Below, piece by piece: positions 1-10,741 of a stretch of 64,000 bases of DNA. A program made the translations under genes and the position numbers. The stretch lies in assembly GCA_965224085.1 (NCBI GenBank), contig CBDCYI010000005.1, forward strand, positions 1,440,001-1,504,000. Reading direction: 5' to 3'. Source of the DNA: Candidatus Marinacidobacterales bacterium (lineage in GTDB: Bacteria > Acidobacteriota > Vicinamibacteria > Marinacidobacterales > SMYC01). The notes below the pieces were generated by a model. The model made no database searches. It worked only from the letters and a program-made list of their open reading frames with translations, and had not been told where the DNA came from. The stretch's first letter is position 1. Each line of letters begins with the position of its first letter.

Positions 1-764
1 AGCGTGACGCGCTTTGCCGGCGTGAAGCGATCCTCTCCGTACAGGATCATGCTATGGCTGCAGTCCAGCATGAGCACGGTCGCGCACGAGCTTCGATACT
101 CCGCCTGGTGCACGTGCAGGTCGTTCGCGGTCAAGTTGATGGGAACACCGAGTCCTTCGCGCCTCACCGCCGACAAAAGCGTGCGCGAGACGTCCAAGTT
201 CAACGTGTCGCCAAACTCGTAGCGTTTCGAGCTTCCTATCACCTCGACACCTGTCGAGAGCTCCTGGGTCTCGTGCTGGCCTAGGCTTGCGCGTCCCAAC
301 CCGCCGAGCAAGTCTTTGAGCGCTTTGAAACCGAGGAAATCGACGGACTTGTCGGTGAGCTCGAAGCGCGCCGAGCGCGGCTCGGATACATCGCCCATCT
401 CGTCCGTCTCGGGGTGACCCGCAGCCGTGCGGTTCGGATCTGGGGGCGTGATGTTCACATAGCCCTCGTCCTGCATACGCTGGATGATCTGGTCGAGAAT
501 CTCCCGTAGACGCGAATCCTCGAAGCTCTCGGCATCTCCCATGAGCCGTTCTATATCCTCCTCCGTGAGCCTTCCTTGCTCGAGCAGCGCTCGCAGGACG
601 GCTTCGCGCAGCGACTGCATCACGTCGTCCGACAGCTCGTGGAACCCGTACATGTCATGGAATCCGCTATCGAGAAGGTAGTCCGAGAGCCCTTCGAGCA
701 AGTCGGCGATATCGAAATCGTCGAACAGGTTGGGGCGGTATTTGCTGTACTTGGTCGTCGACAT
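1..764 (-). CDS. VWA domain-containing protein (Rv0959-like partner of the chelatase-like ATPase); 3' end runs off the window
   Basis: Not in the ORF track. My translation from ATG 764 gives MSTTKYSKYRPNLFDDFDIADLLEGLSDYLLDSGF...ATVLMLDCSHSMILYGEDRFTPAKRV, with a MIDAS DxSxS motif. The frame is open to the window edge. Confidence 0.85.
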   Translation of the reverse strand, partial: MSTTKYSKYRPNLFDDFDIADLLEGLSDYLLDSGFHDMYGFHELSDDVMQSLREAVLRALLEQGRLTEEDIERLMGDAESFEDSRLREILDQIIQRMQDEGYVNITPPDPNRTAAGHPETDEMGDVSEPRSARFELTDKSVDFLGFKALKDLLGGLGRASLGQHETQELSTGVEVIGSSKRYEFGDTLNLDVSRTLLSAVRREGLGVPINLTANDLHVHQAEYRSSCATVLMLDCSHSMILYGEDRFTPAKRVT

Positions 765-780
765 CGGCCCAATCTTAGTC

Positions 781-2238
781 TTAGTTCAAATGCGACTTGG
801 TGTGATCGAGCGGCTCCTCATAGCCGATCTCCGGCTGCCGCTCCTCGTTGCGATGGTAGCCGCGCTCGTCGTTTCGCGAGATCTTTTTCACACCGGCGAG
901 CCCTTCTAGGAGAAACTCGGCGGCGGAAACACGCTCGGGGGTCGAGGATCGCTCGGTCACTTGAACGACGGATGTGCGGGTGAGAAGCCCTGGGATCTCG
1001 GAGAGCGCTTTCAGAACCTCTTCCGACGACGCGGTCTCCGGCACGCGACAATAGCCGCCGCCGTCGAACCAATCAATAATGCTCGTGAAATCCTCTCTCG
1101 AGGCGTATTTCTGAAAGGCTTCGCCGACAGCGCGCTTGATCAGGTCTCGAGCGACGACATCGGCACCTTTGAGTTCCCCTTCATATTCGAGCTCGAGCTT
1201 TCCCGTGATCGCGGGAAGCGACGCATACACGTCCGAAACGCGGGGTGCCGTGGCCGTCTCGCCACGCTCGAGCGCGCGCCGCTCGGCGTTCGAGATGACG
1301 TTCTCGAGCAGAGAGATGGGGAGCCGCTGGCTGACCCCCGATCGCTTGTCGACGCGCCGATCCCCCCGCGCTTGGATGGCCACTTCCTCGATGATTTCCC
1401 GAAGGTAGTGTGGAATGTGGAGATCGTCGCGTCCCGCACGTTCGGTCCAAGCCTCGTCCGTCGTAATCGCGACGGACTCTTCGAGCGTTTCTGGGTAATG
1501 AGTGCGGATCTCCGAGCCGATGCGATCTTTGAGCGGCGTGATGATCCGCCCCCGCGCCGTATAGTCTTCCGGATTTGCGGTGAAGACCATCAAGATATCC
1601 AGCGGCAAACGCAGCGGATAGCCTTTTATCTGAACGTCCCCTTCTTGAAGGATGTTGAACAAGCCCACCTGAATCTTCCCCGCGAGGTCGGGGAGCTCGT
1701 TGATCGCGAAGATCCCGCGATGCGCACGCGGTACGAGACCGTAATGAATCGTGAGCTCATCGGAAAGATCGAGCCCGCTTCTGGCGGCACGGACGGGGTC
1801 GAGGTCACCGATCATGTCGGCGATGGTCACGTCTGGCGTCGCCAGTTTCTCGACATAGCGCTCTTCGCGATGGAGCCACCGGAGCGGTGTCGCGACGCCC
1901 TTTTCCGCGACGAGCTTCTTGCACGCGCTGCAGATCGGAGCGTGAGGGTTGTCGTGGATTTCGCAGCCGTCGATGACTGGGATTTCCTCGTCGAGGAATC
2001 GAGTCAAGCCTCGGAGCATCCTCGTTTTGGCCTGGCCGCGGAGCCCCAAGAGAATAAAATGGTGCCGTGACAAGAGCGCGTTCACGAGCTGGGGAATGAC
2101 GGTATCGCCGTAGCCGACGATTCCCGGAAAAAGCTCCTCGCCGGAGCTCATCTTCCGGACCAGGTTGCCACGGATCTCGTCGCGCACGCCGCGCGGTTTT
2201 TGATCCTGCAGTTCACCTAGGGTTTGGGCTTTACGCAT
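781..2238 (-). CDS. Magnesium chelatase ChlI-like / MoxR-related AAA+ ATPase (Rv0958-like)
   Basis: Variant Walker A GLRGQAKT, Walker [11 protein letters not shown], and [18 protein letters not shown]. Start moved to ATG 2238, which lies 6 nt after TATAAT. Confidence 0.85.
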   Translation of the reverse strand: MRKAQTLGELQDQKPRGVRDEIRGNLVRKMSSGEELFPGIVGYGDTVIPQLVNALLSRHHFILLGLRGQAKTRMLRGLTRFLDEEIPVIDGCEIHDNPHAPICSACKKLVAEKGVATPLRWLHREERYVEKLATPDVTIADMIGDLDPVRAARSGLDLSDELTIHYGLVPRAHRGIFAINELPDLAGKIQVGLFNILQEGDVQIKGYPLRLPLDILMVFTANPEDYTARGRIITPLKDRIGSEIRTHYPETLEESVAITTDEAWTERAGRDDLHIPHYLREIIEEVAIQARGDRRVDKRSGVSQRLPISLLENVISNAERRALERGETATAPRVSDVYASLPAITGKLELEYEGELKGADVVARDLIKRAVGEAFQKYASREDFTSIIDWFDGGGYCRVPETASSEEVLKALSEIPGLLTRTSVVQVTERSSTPERVSAAEFLLEGLAGVKKISRNDERGYHRNEERQPEIGYEEPLDHTKSHLN

Positions 2239-2353
2239 GTTCGGATTATAGCCCGATGCTATCGGCAAGACGCTAGTGCCCGGTATGTGACGACTGATAC
2301 AGGGGACTAGCGAGGTGGTACGCCGATGCGGCTTGAGTTAAGCTTCTCTCGAA

Positions 2354-2947
2354 ATGTTTCGGTTCGTTTTCCGCTTGGTTTTTCGTGCTTTCGCGCTGGT
2401 GATACTCGCTGGCGCCGGCTTCGTTTTGTACCACCTCTACGAGTCCGGGCAACTTCCTTTCATCCAGCGCGCCATCGAGGATACCGCCATAACCGCCTCG
2501 GTCCGCGCGGGGTTCGCGATCCATCGGGATCTGGCCGATCGGCCCATCCACGTATCGACCGCCGAAAGGGTCGTCACGCTTTCAGGAAGCGTCGCGTCCG
2601 AAAAAGAGCGGTCCGAGGCCGAGGCGATGGCGTCGACGATCGAAGGAGTTGACGCGATCGCGAATTACATCGAGATCGAGCCCGGGCTCGAAGACGCCGT
2701 CGGCGAAACGCTCGACAAAAGCCTCGGTGAGCGCCTCGACGACACGGCGCTTTTGGCGAAAATACGAACGGCCCTTCATCTCGACAGAGAAGTGCGCAAG
2801 CTGGATGTCGACATACGCGTCTCGTCAGGCCAGGTCATCCTGAGAGGTGAGATCCCGTCCGAAGCGCTGATGGAGCGCATACGGACGCGGGTGGCGAGCG
2901 TCCGCGGTGTCGAGCGTCTCAAGAACGAGCTCGAGCTCAAACAGTGA
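2354..2947 (+). CDS. Membrane-anchored dual BON-domain (OsmY-like) protein
   Basis: N-terminal TM helix, then two BON repeats (DTAITASV...VTLSGSV; DDTALLAKI...VILRGEI). Confidence 0.85.
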   Translation: MFRFVFRLVFRAFALVILAGAGFVLYHLYESGQLPFIQRAIEDTAITASVRAGFAIHRDLADRPIHVSTAERVVTLSGSVASEKERSEAEAMASTIEGVDAIANYIEIEPGLEDAVGETLDKSLGERLDDTALLAKIRTALHLDREVRKLDVDIRVSSGQVILRGEIPSEALMERIRTRVASVRGVERLKNELELKQ

Positions 2948-3063
2948 TCGGGCTATTTCGCTGATGGGCGCAGATTTTCTCTTTAGTCTTCTTTGAGTCG
3001 GGCGGAAAGCTAAGCTTGAGCCACTTTTTGCCACCCGGCCTGTGATGAAGCGGCCTAAAGGTA

Positions 3064-3615
3064 CTAGGGCCGGCTCGAGCGCTCGACGTCCTCGGCGAGG
3101 ATGAGACCCTTGTCGATGAGGACGAGAGCGCGCCGCTCATCACCCTCACCGACGGCCCGTTGCGCCTGAGCGACGAAGCCGCGGGCCGCCGCGAATTGCT
3201 GTCGCTGGCCGTCTGAAAGCTCGCGTGCCGGCAGCGAGCTCATTAGTGCATTCGCGCGCGCGAGCTTCGCCAAAAGCTCCGGGTCCACACTCTCGCTCCC
3301 GGCGCGCTCGGTCGAAGGCGGCTCGGCAGGCACGTCGTCGGGGGACTCGGGCGGCGGCGGAGTCGGTGGCGCGCGGTCGGGTCCCTCGTCAGGGCGGGGC
3401 TCGGGGTCTTCGACTGCCGGCTCGGGCTCCACCTCCGCGACGGGTTTTTCATCTCGCGGGGTCTCTTCTGGCGCTGCAGGCTCCGCACGAGCCTCGCCCA
3501 CTGGCGTCGAGGCTGTCGCTGGCGGCCGCGGGAAATCCGCACGAGTGGCGCGCCAACACCCGGCAAAAACGCTAAGCCCGAGCAAGAGCAGGACGCTTCG
3601 GAGAAGACTCCTCAT
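3064..3615 (-). CDS. Hypothetical lipoprotein with Pro/Glu-rich linker and helical C-terminal domain
   Basis: Signal peptide with lipobox FAGC; directly downstream of the kinase gene. Confidence 0.7.
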   Translation of the reverse strand: MRSLLRSVLLLLGLSVFAGCWRATRADFPRPPATASTPVGEARAEPAAPEETPRDEKPVAEVEPEPAVEDPEPRPDEGPDRAPPTPPPPESPDDVPAEPPSTERAGSESVDPELLAKLARANALMSSLPARELSDGQRQQFAAARGFVAQAQRAVGEGDERRALVLIDKGLILAEDVERSSRP

Positions 3616-3637
3616 TCGACGTGGCTCCGGATTTTGC

Positions 3638-5440
3638 TCACGCGGGCATCTCCGGAAGGTGGATGGTGAACCGCGTGCCGTCCCCCGTCTGTGATTCTAC
3701 CTTGATTTCACCGCCGTGGAGTTGCACGATCCGATAGACCATGGAGAGTCCGATCCCACTGCCTTTTTTCTTCGTCGTCACGTAGAGGTCGAAGATTTTC
3801 TCGAGCATTTCCGGCTCGATGCCCACGCCGCTATCCGCGATGACGATCTCGACCCCGTCCTCCGTGCGCGCCGCCTCGACATGGAGCTGCCCTCCGTGAG
3901 GCATGGCTTCCTCGGCGTTGCGTACGAGGTTCAAAAAAAGCTGCTGCAGGAGCTCGCGGTCGCCATGAACTGCAGGAAGCTCCTCGGAAACCCCGGTCTC
4001 GATCTCGATGCCGCTCGCTTTTGCCTCCGCCGAGACCAATCTTTCGACTTCGTCGAACAGCTCCCGCAACGACACCGAAGTGAACTGTAGGTCCTCGGGG
4101 CGCGTGAAGCGCAAGAATCCTTGGATGACTTGATCGAGCCGGCGAATCTCTTTCTCGAGCGTATCGAGCGAGGCTTGCGTTTCCGGAGAGGCCCGCGCGA
4201 GCCTCTCCCTCAAGAGCGCGACATGGATCACCATGGCATTGAGCGGGTTTTTGATCTCGTGCGCGACGCCCGAAGTCAGCTTTCCGAGCGCGGCGAGCTT
4301 TTGGGCGTATGAGAGTTGAGAGCCGAGACGCGAGAGCTTCTCCATGTCGCGCGCGCTCACGATCACGCCGGAGACGCCGCTCTCGTCGCGCAGTACTTGG
4401 GCGCTCAGTGCATAAACGACAGGCCGCTTTCCGTTGGTGATCGTTGTGTCGACGGGCCCGACAGGCTCGTGGAGTGAGAGCGCCTTCGTGACGATCTCCG
4501 CCACCGGATGCTCTTCGGGGAAAAAGTCCGCGAATAGTTTTCCCTGAAGCTCCTCTCGCCCGAGACCGAGAAGATCCGCGGCGCGCTCGTTCAACGACAA
4601 GACGCGGCCGTCGTTGCTGACGACCAGAACGGCGTCCGAGAGCCCCCCAAGCATCGCCGACAACCAGCTCGCGTCATTCTCGCGGGCACTCCGTTCCTCA
4701 TCGAGCCTCTGACTCATGCTCGCGAAAAATTCCGCTATGCGGCTTACATCCGCTTCGCTCTGAAGATCGAGAGGTGGTTCGCCGTCCACGGGTTGGAAGC
4801 GGCCGAGCTCACGACGCAGCAGCTCGATCGGAGCCCAAAGCCAATTCGCGAATAACAGCGACGCAAGAAAAGCAGCGACGACGGCGGTCGACGCGAGCAG
4901 CACGTTCTGAGTGACGACACCCCAGATTTCTTCTTTCAGGAACAGAGTCGAGATCGCGACGTGCACGGCGCCGAAACGCTCCCCGTCGTCGTCGTCGAAG
5001 GGCATGGCGACCTCGAGAACGCTGTGGCCTTGCCTGAGTGCCCATAGCTGCGCGAGTGGGTTCTTCGCGACGAAGCTCTCGAGCGAAGGCGCTGGCGTAA
5101 GCTTGTCTCCGAGCTCGAGGGGATTGCTGTGGACGAGGGCAAAGCCGTCGAGATCCGTCATCGCGACATACATCGTTGTCGCGGAGTAGCCGACGACGCC
5201 TTCGGCGTAATTGTTCAAGGCCGCATCCCACGCCAAGGCCGAGCGGAGCTCCTCCGGCTCGTTTTGACGAATCACTCGTGAGGCTTGATGGCGGAGTGTC
5301 TCGGCCAGAAGTCGAGCGCGGGATTCGGTCTCGGCGACAGAAAAGCGCACGAGCGCGGTCATGTTTACAAGGCTCGTCGCCAAAGCGACTGTGGCGGCCA
5401 CGAGCGTCAGACCCGCGATTTGTTTTCTGCGAAATCCCAC
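3638..5440 (-). CDS. Membrane sensor histidine kinase with PAS domain (NtrB/AtoS-like)
   Basis: Two TM helices, PAS, H-box AHEIKNPL, N-box NLVRNA, G1 DSGVGI, G2 GSGIGL. Confidence 0.93.
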   Translation of the reverse strand: MGFRRKQIAGLTLVAATVALATSLVNMTALVRFSVAETESRARLLAETLRHQASRVIRQNEPEELRSALAWDAALNNYAEGVVGYSATTMYVAMTDLDGFALVHSNPLELGDKLTPAPSLESFVAKNPLAQLWALRQGHSVLEVAMPFDDDDGERFGAVHVAISTLFLKEEIWGVVTQNVLLASTAVVAAFLASLLFANWLWAPIELLRRELGRFQPVDGEPPLDLQSEADVSRIAEFFASMSQRLDEERSARENDASWLSAMLGGLSDAVLVVSNDGRVLSLNERAADLLGLGREELQGKLFADFFPEEHPVAEIVTKALSLHEPVGPVDTTITNGKRPVVYALSAQVLRDESGVSGVIVSARDMEKLSRLGSQLSYAQKLAALGKLTSGVAHEIKNPLNAMVIHVALLRERLARASPETQASLDTLEKEIRRLDQVIQGFLRFTRPEDLQFTSVSLRELFDEVERLVSAEAKASGIEIETGVSEELPAVHGDRELLQQLFLNLVRNAEEAMPHGGQLHVEAARTEDGVEIVIADSGVGIEPEMLEKIFDLYVTTKKKGSGIGLSMVYRIVQLHGGEIKVESQTGDGTRFTIHLPEMPA

Positions 5441-5471
5441 CAGGTTGAAGCTCCCCCTATATCGGGCCAGC

Positions 5472-6836
5472 TCAAGACGTCTCGCGATACTTTTTGAGCT
5501 TGTTGTGGAGCGTCTTGAGGCTGATTCCCAATATCTCGGCGGCGCGCGTCTTATTCTGCCCCGTAGACTCCAATGTCTTCAAGATCAAGTTCTTCTCTGC
5601 CTGCTCCACCGTCGTCCCGACCGGAAGCTCCATTCCACGTTCCGGCGCCGGGTCTTTTCTGGGATCGAGGACCGACGGCGGCAAATCCCCTCGCCGCAAC
5701 ACGTCGCCCTTCGCCACGATGACAGCGCGCTCGACGACGTTGCGAAGCTCGCGGACGTTTCCCGGCCAAGGGTAGGCCTTCAAGGCTTCGACCGCTTTGT
5801 CATGGATACCTTTGAGCGCTTTTCCTGTTCGCGCATTGAAGTCGTGCATGAAAGCCTCGACGAGCGTCGGGACATCCTCGATCCGGTTGCGAAGCGCCGG
5901 GAGCTCGATCGTGAACACGTTCACACGGTAGTAAAGATCCTCGCGCAAACTGCCGGCGTCGAGCGCTTCTCGAGGATCACGGTTGGTCGCGGCAAGGATG
6001 CGCACGTCCACGCGAATCTCCTCGTCGCCGCCTAGACGCCGGAAGCTTCGCTCCTCGAGAACCCGTAGAAGCTTGGCTTGCGTCGCGGGAGCCATCTCGG
6101 CTACCTCGTCGAGAAACAGCGTGCCGCCATGCGCCTGCTCGAACAAACCGCGGCGCCGTCCCTCGGCTCCGGTAAAAGCCCCTTTTTCGTGTCCAAAAAT
6201 CTCGCTCTCGAGTAGCGTTTCAGGGATGGCAGCGCAGTTCACCGCGACAAACTCGTTCTCTTTTCTCGCTGAGAGCTCGTGGAGTGTTCTCGCGACCATT
6301 TCTTTTCCGCTACCGGACTCGCCAACGATGAAGACGGAGGCCGCAGAAGGGGCGACCTGGCTCATTAGCGCGTAGAGCTCTTTCATCTTGTCGCTTGTTC
6401 CAACCATGCTCCCGAACCGCCCGCTCGTCTCGAGCTTCCTCTTGTAGCGCTCGACCTCCTCGCAAGCCGTGTTGCGCTCGACGGCCCTCTCGAGCACTTG
6501 GCGGAGCTGCTGCGTGTCGACCGGTTTGGTCAGGTAGTCGAAGGCACCTATCTTCATCGCCTCGACGGCGGTCGCGACGCTGCCTTTGGCCGTCAGCATC
6601 ACAACGGCGAGACGATCGAGCTCGGAGACGAGTCCGGAGAGAAGATCCAGGCCATCCATCCGGGGCATCACGAGGTCGGCGATAACGACTTGAGGGCGGA
6701 AGCTCTCGGCTCGCGCAAGACCTTCGACGCCATCCGATGCCGTATCGGTCTCGTAGCCCCAGCCGCGCACGAGCTCCGAGAGACCTTGTCGGGAGCCCGC
6801 TTCGTCGTCGACGATGAGAACGCGTCCGATCAGCAT
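5472..6836 (-). CDS. Sigma-54-dependent response regulator (NtrC family: REC-AAA+-Fis HTH)
   Basis: IVDDE receiver, GESGSGKE Walker A, GAFTGA, WPGNVREL, and HTH NKTRAAEILGIS. Confidence 0.95.
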   Translation of the reverse strand: MLIGRVLIVDDEAGSRQGLSELVRGWGYETDTASDGVEGLARAESFRPQVVIADLVMPRMDGLDLLSGLVSELDRLAVVMLTAKGSVATAVEAMKIGAFDYLTKPVDTQQLRQVLERAVERNTACEEVERYKRKLETSGRFGSMVGTSDKMKELYALMSQVAPSAASVFIVGESGSGKEMVARTLHELSARKENEFVAVNCAAIPETLLESEIFGHEKGAFTGAEGRRRGLFEQAHGGTLFLDEVAEMAPATQAKLLRVLEERSFRRLGGDEEIRVDVRILAATNRDPREALDAGSLREDLYYRVNVFTIELPALRNRIEDVPTLVEAFMHDFNARTGKALKGIHDKAVEALKAYPWPGNVRELRNVVERAVIVAKGDVLRRGDLPPSVLDPRKDPAPERGMELPVGTTVEQAEKNLILKTLESTGQNKTRAAEILGISLKTLHNKLKKYRETS

Positions 6837-6869
6837 TCAGCGGTCAGCTTTCAACATTCAGGGTTCAGG
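6830..6869. repeat. Degenerate heptamer (CAGCATT-type) tandem array overlapping the response regulator start
   Basis: tcagcattcagcggtcagctttcaacattcagggttcagg has 7-nt periodicity. Confidence 0.65.
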
Positions 6870-6900
6870 CGCGATTACTTCACGCTGCAGATTGCTGATG

Positions 6901-8208
6901 TTACTTCTTTTTCAAGCGTATCTTCAGCAATAGCTCGATTTCTTGCTCGTCATCGTCAAGGTTGCCGTCGACTTCGATAGTGACCGGGACCTCGATTCGC
7001 TCGATCGCTATGGGCCCGGATGCGCTCGCAGGAGGTATGGTCGTGACTTCCTCGCGACGGATCGAAACCTTCGTCTTGATGAGCTCGCTCAAGTTCATGC
7101 CCGCGCTCGCACCCTGCTCCACATCGAGCTCACCGCCGAGGAGGTCCGCTTCGAGATCGCGCACGAAGTCTTCTTCGACGGACGGCTCGTTCAGAATCGA
7201 CGCCGTCACCTCAACACCAGCGCCCTCATCGAGCAGTCCGGAGAATATCGGGTCTTCGAGTGCGGCCGGTGCGGCCGGTGCAGAAAGACCCGGGGTGTCT
7301 GCTTTGGACTCGGTGGCGTCGGCTGTCGCATCGTCCAACTTCAAAGCGTCGTCGAGGATACTCTCGATGTTGAGGTTTTCGAACGTGTCTATATCTACGG
7401 GCTCTTCGTCGTCTGAGGTCACGTTCTCTTTCTCCGAAACGAACGGCCAGATGCTGGCAGCCTTGGCAGAAGCGTCCTGGCTGGACGCGACTTGGCTCAC
7501 CTGAGCCGTTTCTCCGGTACTCTCAGTGACGCCGGCCGACACCAGAGCCGCGGGGTCGATCTGCCCCGAATCTTCGGCCGGTTTTTCGAGCTTGCCCATC
7601 GGGGACATCGCACGGGCCCCGCCATAGCGGTCGATGACCGAACTCAACACCAGGCCACTGATCGCCTGGAGCGTTTCCTCGACGCCGATGCCGTCTTTGG
7701 CGACGGCCTCGTAAAACGGGGCGTTCATCGTATTGAGCGTGTCGTTCATCTCCTCCACGGTGCAAACGTCCTCGAGATCACGCTTGTTGAACTGCATGAC
7801 CATCGGGAGCGCCTCGAGCTTCAGGTCGTGAGCCACCAGATTCTCCCGCAGGTTTTCGAGACTCTCCTTATTGGCTTCGGTCATGCCCGGCTGTGAATCC
7901 GCGACGAAGACCACCCCATCCGAACCTTTGAGGACCATCCTCCGAGTAGCGTTGTAGAAAACCTGACCCGGCACCGTGTAAAGCTGAACCCGAGTCTTGA
8001 TCCCGCGGACAACGCCAGCATCAACGGGGAGAAAATCAAAGTAAAGGGTACGATCCGTATCCGTCGCCAGCGTCAACATCCGGCCTTTGTTCTTGATCGG
8101 AAGATCTTCGTAGATGTACTGCAGATTGCTCGTCTTACCTGACAAACCAGGCCCGTAATAGACAATCTTGGCAGTCAATTCCTTTAGAGCGTAGTTAAAA
8201 AGGACCAC
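6901..8208 (-). CDS. mglA: MglA-family small GTPase with long acidic C-terminal extension
   Basis: KIVYYGPGLSGKTSN, DRTLYFDF, LYTVPGQ and NKRD motifs in the first ~195 aa; ~240-aa acidic low-complexity tail. Confidence 0.85.
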   Translation of the reverse strand: MVLFNYALKELTAKIVYYGPGLSGKTSNLQYIYEDLPIKNKGRMLTLATDTDRTLYFDFLPVDAGVVRGIKTRVQLYTVPGQVFYNATRRMVLKGSDGVVFVADSQPGMTEANKESLENLRENLVAHDLKLEALPMVMQFNKRDLEDVCTVEEMNDTLNTMNAPFYEAVAKDGIGVEETLQAISGLVLSSVIDRYGGARAMSPMGKLEKPAEDSGQIDPAALVSAGVTESTGETAQVSQVASSQDASAKAASIWPFVSEKENVTSDDEEPVDIDTFENLNIESILDDALKLDDATADATESKADTPGLSAPAAPAALEDPIFSGLLDEGAGVEVTASILNEPSVEEDFVRDLEADLLGGELDVEQGASAGMNLSELIKTKVSIRREEVTTIPPASASGPIAIERIEVPVTIEVDGNLDDDEQEIELLLKIRLKKK

Positions 8209-8249
8209 AGGTTACCATCCGGCCAGATCGCACTGGACCTCGTAGTGTA

Positions 8250-8350
8250 TCAGGATTCAGCATTGAGAACTTTCAAGATTGCCACTCTGAGCTGGGCTGC
8301 AACCGTCCAGAGAGCGTCCTGAATGCTGGATGCTGAATGCCGATCGCTGA
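8250..8350. repeat. Palindromic heptamer-armed element (copy A) between mglA and mrfA
   Basis: Left arm tcaggattcagcatt, ~50-nt core starting gaactttcaagattg, inverted right arm cctgaatgctggatgctgaatgc. Confidence 0.65.
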
Positions 8351-8368
8351 TACACTTCCCAGCACACG

Positions 8369-10741
8369 ATGTCGCAGATTCTGGCGCCGGCGGACCGAGG
8401 CCACGCTCTTCAGAACGTCATTGAAGAGCTGAAAGGAGGGACGCGACAGCTGCCGACGGTTACGGCCCTGAGGCACTTTCCCGCGCTCCCAGCCCATTTT
8501 GCTGACTTTCCGGACGGGCTCCGACCGGAGATCGTCAAAGCACTCCGTCGGCGCGGCATCGAACGGCTCTATTCCCATCAGAGGGAAGCTTTCGAGAAAG
8601 CCTCCGACGGCGACAGCGTCGTTATCGTCACACCGACGGCATCGGGAAAGACCCTCTGCTACAACCTTCCCGTTTTGAATCGCGTCCTCGAAGAGCCCGA
8701 GACGCGTGCTCTCTACCTTTTCCCAACTAAGGCGCTCTCGCAGGATCAGCTTGCGGAAGTGCATGGGCTCATCCAAGACATCGGGGCCGACATCCGCACG
8801 TTCACCTATGACGGCGATACGCCCCAGGATGCGCGCAAGGCGATACGCTCACGCGGGCACCTGGTCGTGACCAACCCCGATATGCTGCATAGCGGCATCC
8901 TGCCTCACCACCCAAAATGGGTGAAGCTTTTCGAGAACCTGCGCTACATCGTCATCGACGAGATCCACGCTTATCGCGGTGTCTTCGGCTCGCACCTCGC
9001 GAATATTCTCAGGCGCCTCCGGCGCATCTGCCGCTTCTATGGAGCGGACCCGCAATTCATTTGCTCCTCGGCGACGATCGCGAACCCTAAGGAGCTCACC
9101 GAAGCGCTCATCGCGAGCCCGGTGCAGCTCATCGACCGGAGTGGGGCGCCGAGAGGCGAGAAATATTTTGTCTTCTACAACCCGCCGGTCGTGAATCAAG
9201 AACTCGGCATTCGCCGCTCCTATGTCAACGAGACGAGGCGCATCGCGGGGTCGTTTCTCAAGCGCGGGCTCCAGACGATCGTGTTCACGACGAGCCGGCT
9301 CAACACGGAGATTCTCGTCACCTATCTAAAAAACGAGATCGAACAAGACGTGACGCATCGCGATCTCATCCGCGGCTATCGCGGCGGCTACCTTCCGAAA
9401 AAGCGCCGCGAGATCGAAGCTGGGCTTCGCGAAGGCACCGTGCTGGGCGTCGTCTCGACCAACGCACTCGAGCTCGGGATCGATATCGGCGCGCTCGACG
9501 TCGCTGTGATCTCAGGCTATCCCGGAACCATCGCCTCGACATGGCAACAAGCAGGACGGGCGGGACGGCGCACCGGCACCTCCGTCGCCATCTTTGTCGC
9601 TAGTAGCAACCCGCTCAATCAATTCGTGGTCAATCATCCGGATTACTTCTTTTCGGGCTCGCCCGAACATGGCCTCATCAATCCAGAAAACCTTTCCGTG
9701 CTCGTCGATCATATCAAGTGCGCCGCCTTCGAGCTTCCGTTTCAGGACGGCGAGAGTTTCGGCGCCGAAAACCTCCCCGAGATCCTCTCTTTTCTGGAAG
9801 AGCACAACGTGGTTCACCGTTCGAGAGAACGATGGCACTGGACGAGCGATTCGTACCCGGCCAACAATGTCAGCTTGCGCTCGATAAGCTCCGATAATTT
9901 CACCGTCTATGACGAGACGCGCGAGCCAAAGATCATTGCCGAAGTGGATTTCGTCAGCGCGCATTCGACGCTCCATCCGAAAGCCATCTATATCCTCGAA
10001 GGCCAGAAGTTTTATGTCGAGAGCTTCGACTATGACGAGCGGCGAGCAACCGTCCGACCATGGGAGACGGACTACTTTACCGACGCTATCACGCATACCA
10101 AAGTCAATATCCTCGAAAAGTTCGAAAACTCGAGTGTTTTCGAAGGTGAGAGAAATCACGGCGAGGTTCACGTGGTCTCGCAAGTCGTGGGCTTCAAGAA
10201 GGTCAAGTTCTATACCCTCGAGAATGTCGGCTCGGGCGAGCTCGACATGCCAGAGCTCGAGATGCACACGACATCGTACTGGCTGACCGTGCCGAGAAAG
10301 GTAATGGCCTCGCTCGCGGCGAGCTCGGAAGAGCGGCGGGACGGCGTCATCGGGCTAGCCAATACGCTCAAGACGGTGGCGATGCTCTTCCTCATGAGCG
10401 ATCGGTCAGACATCGGGGTGGCTCTCGGCGACAACTCGCAAGGGACCGCTAAAGTGGAGCGCGGCTTCAAGCGGCTCGGACCCGGCCGGCTCCCCGCTTC
10501 CGAGCCGATGGACCCCTCCTACGAGCCAAACATCTTTCTCTACGACAACTATCCGGGTGGGATCGGCTTTTCGCAGCCGCTCTACGAGCTCCACACACGC
10601 CTCGTTTCTGAGGCCAAGACGCTCATAGAACGCTGTCCGTGTCATGAAGGCTGCCCGTCCTGCGTCGGTCCCGTCGGCGAGGTCGGATTTCGGGGAAAGG
10701 AATTAGCACTCGCGATTCTGGAGCGGCTGGCCGCTTCATGA
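8369..10741 (+). CDS. mrfA: DEAH-box helicase with C-terminal DUF1998 (MrfA/YprA/SftH family)
   Basis: TPTASGKT, FPTKALSQDQ, DEIH, SAT, TNALELGIDIG, QQAGRAGRR, C-terminal CPCHEGCPSC. Confidence 0.92.
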   Translation: MSQILAPADRGHALQNVIEELKGGTRQLPTVTALRHFPALPAHFADFPDGLRPEIVKALRRRGIERLYSHQREAFEKASDGDSVVIVTPTASGKTLCYNLPVLNRVLEEPETRALYLFPTKALSQDQLAEVHGLIQDIGADIRTFTYDGDTPQDARKAIRSRGHLVVTNPDMLHSGILPHHPKWVKLFENLRYIVIDEIHAYRGVFGSHLANILRRLRRICRFYGADPQFICSSATIANPKELTEALIASPVQLIDRSGAPRGEKYFVFYNPPVVNQELGIRRSYVNETRRIAGSFLKRGLQTIVFTTSRLNTEILVTYLKNEIEQDVTHRDLIRGYRGGYLPKKRREIEAGLREGTVLGVVSTNALELGIDIGALDVAVISGYPGTIASTWQQAGRAGRRTGTSVAIFVASSNPLNQFVVNHPDYFFSGSPEHGLINPENLSVLVDHIKCAAFELPFQDGESFGAENLPEILSFLEEHNVVHRSRERWHWTSDSYPANNVSLRSISSDNFTVYDETREPKIIAEVDFVSAHSTLHPKAIYILEGQKFYVESFDYDERRATVRPWETDYFTDAITHTKVNILEKFENSSVFEGERNHGEVHVVSQVVGFKKVKFYTLENVGSGELDMPELEMHTTSYWLTVPRKVMASLAASSEERRDGVIGLANTLKTVAMLFLMSDRSDIGVALGDNSQGTAKVERGFKRLGPGRLPASEPMDPSYEPNIFLYDNYPGGIGFSQPLYELHTRLVSEAKTLIERCPCHEGCPSCVGPVGEVGFRGKELALAILERLAAS

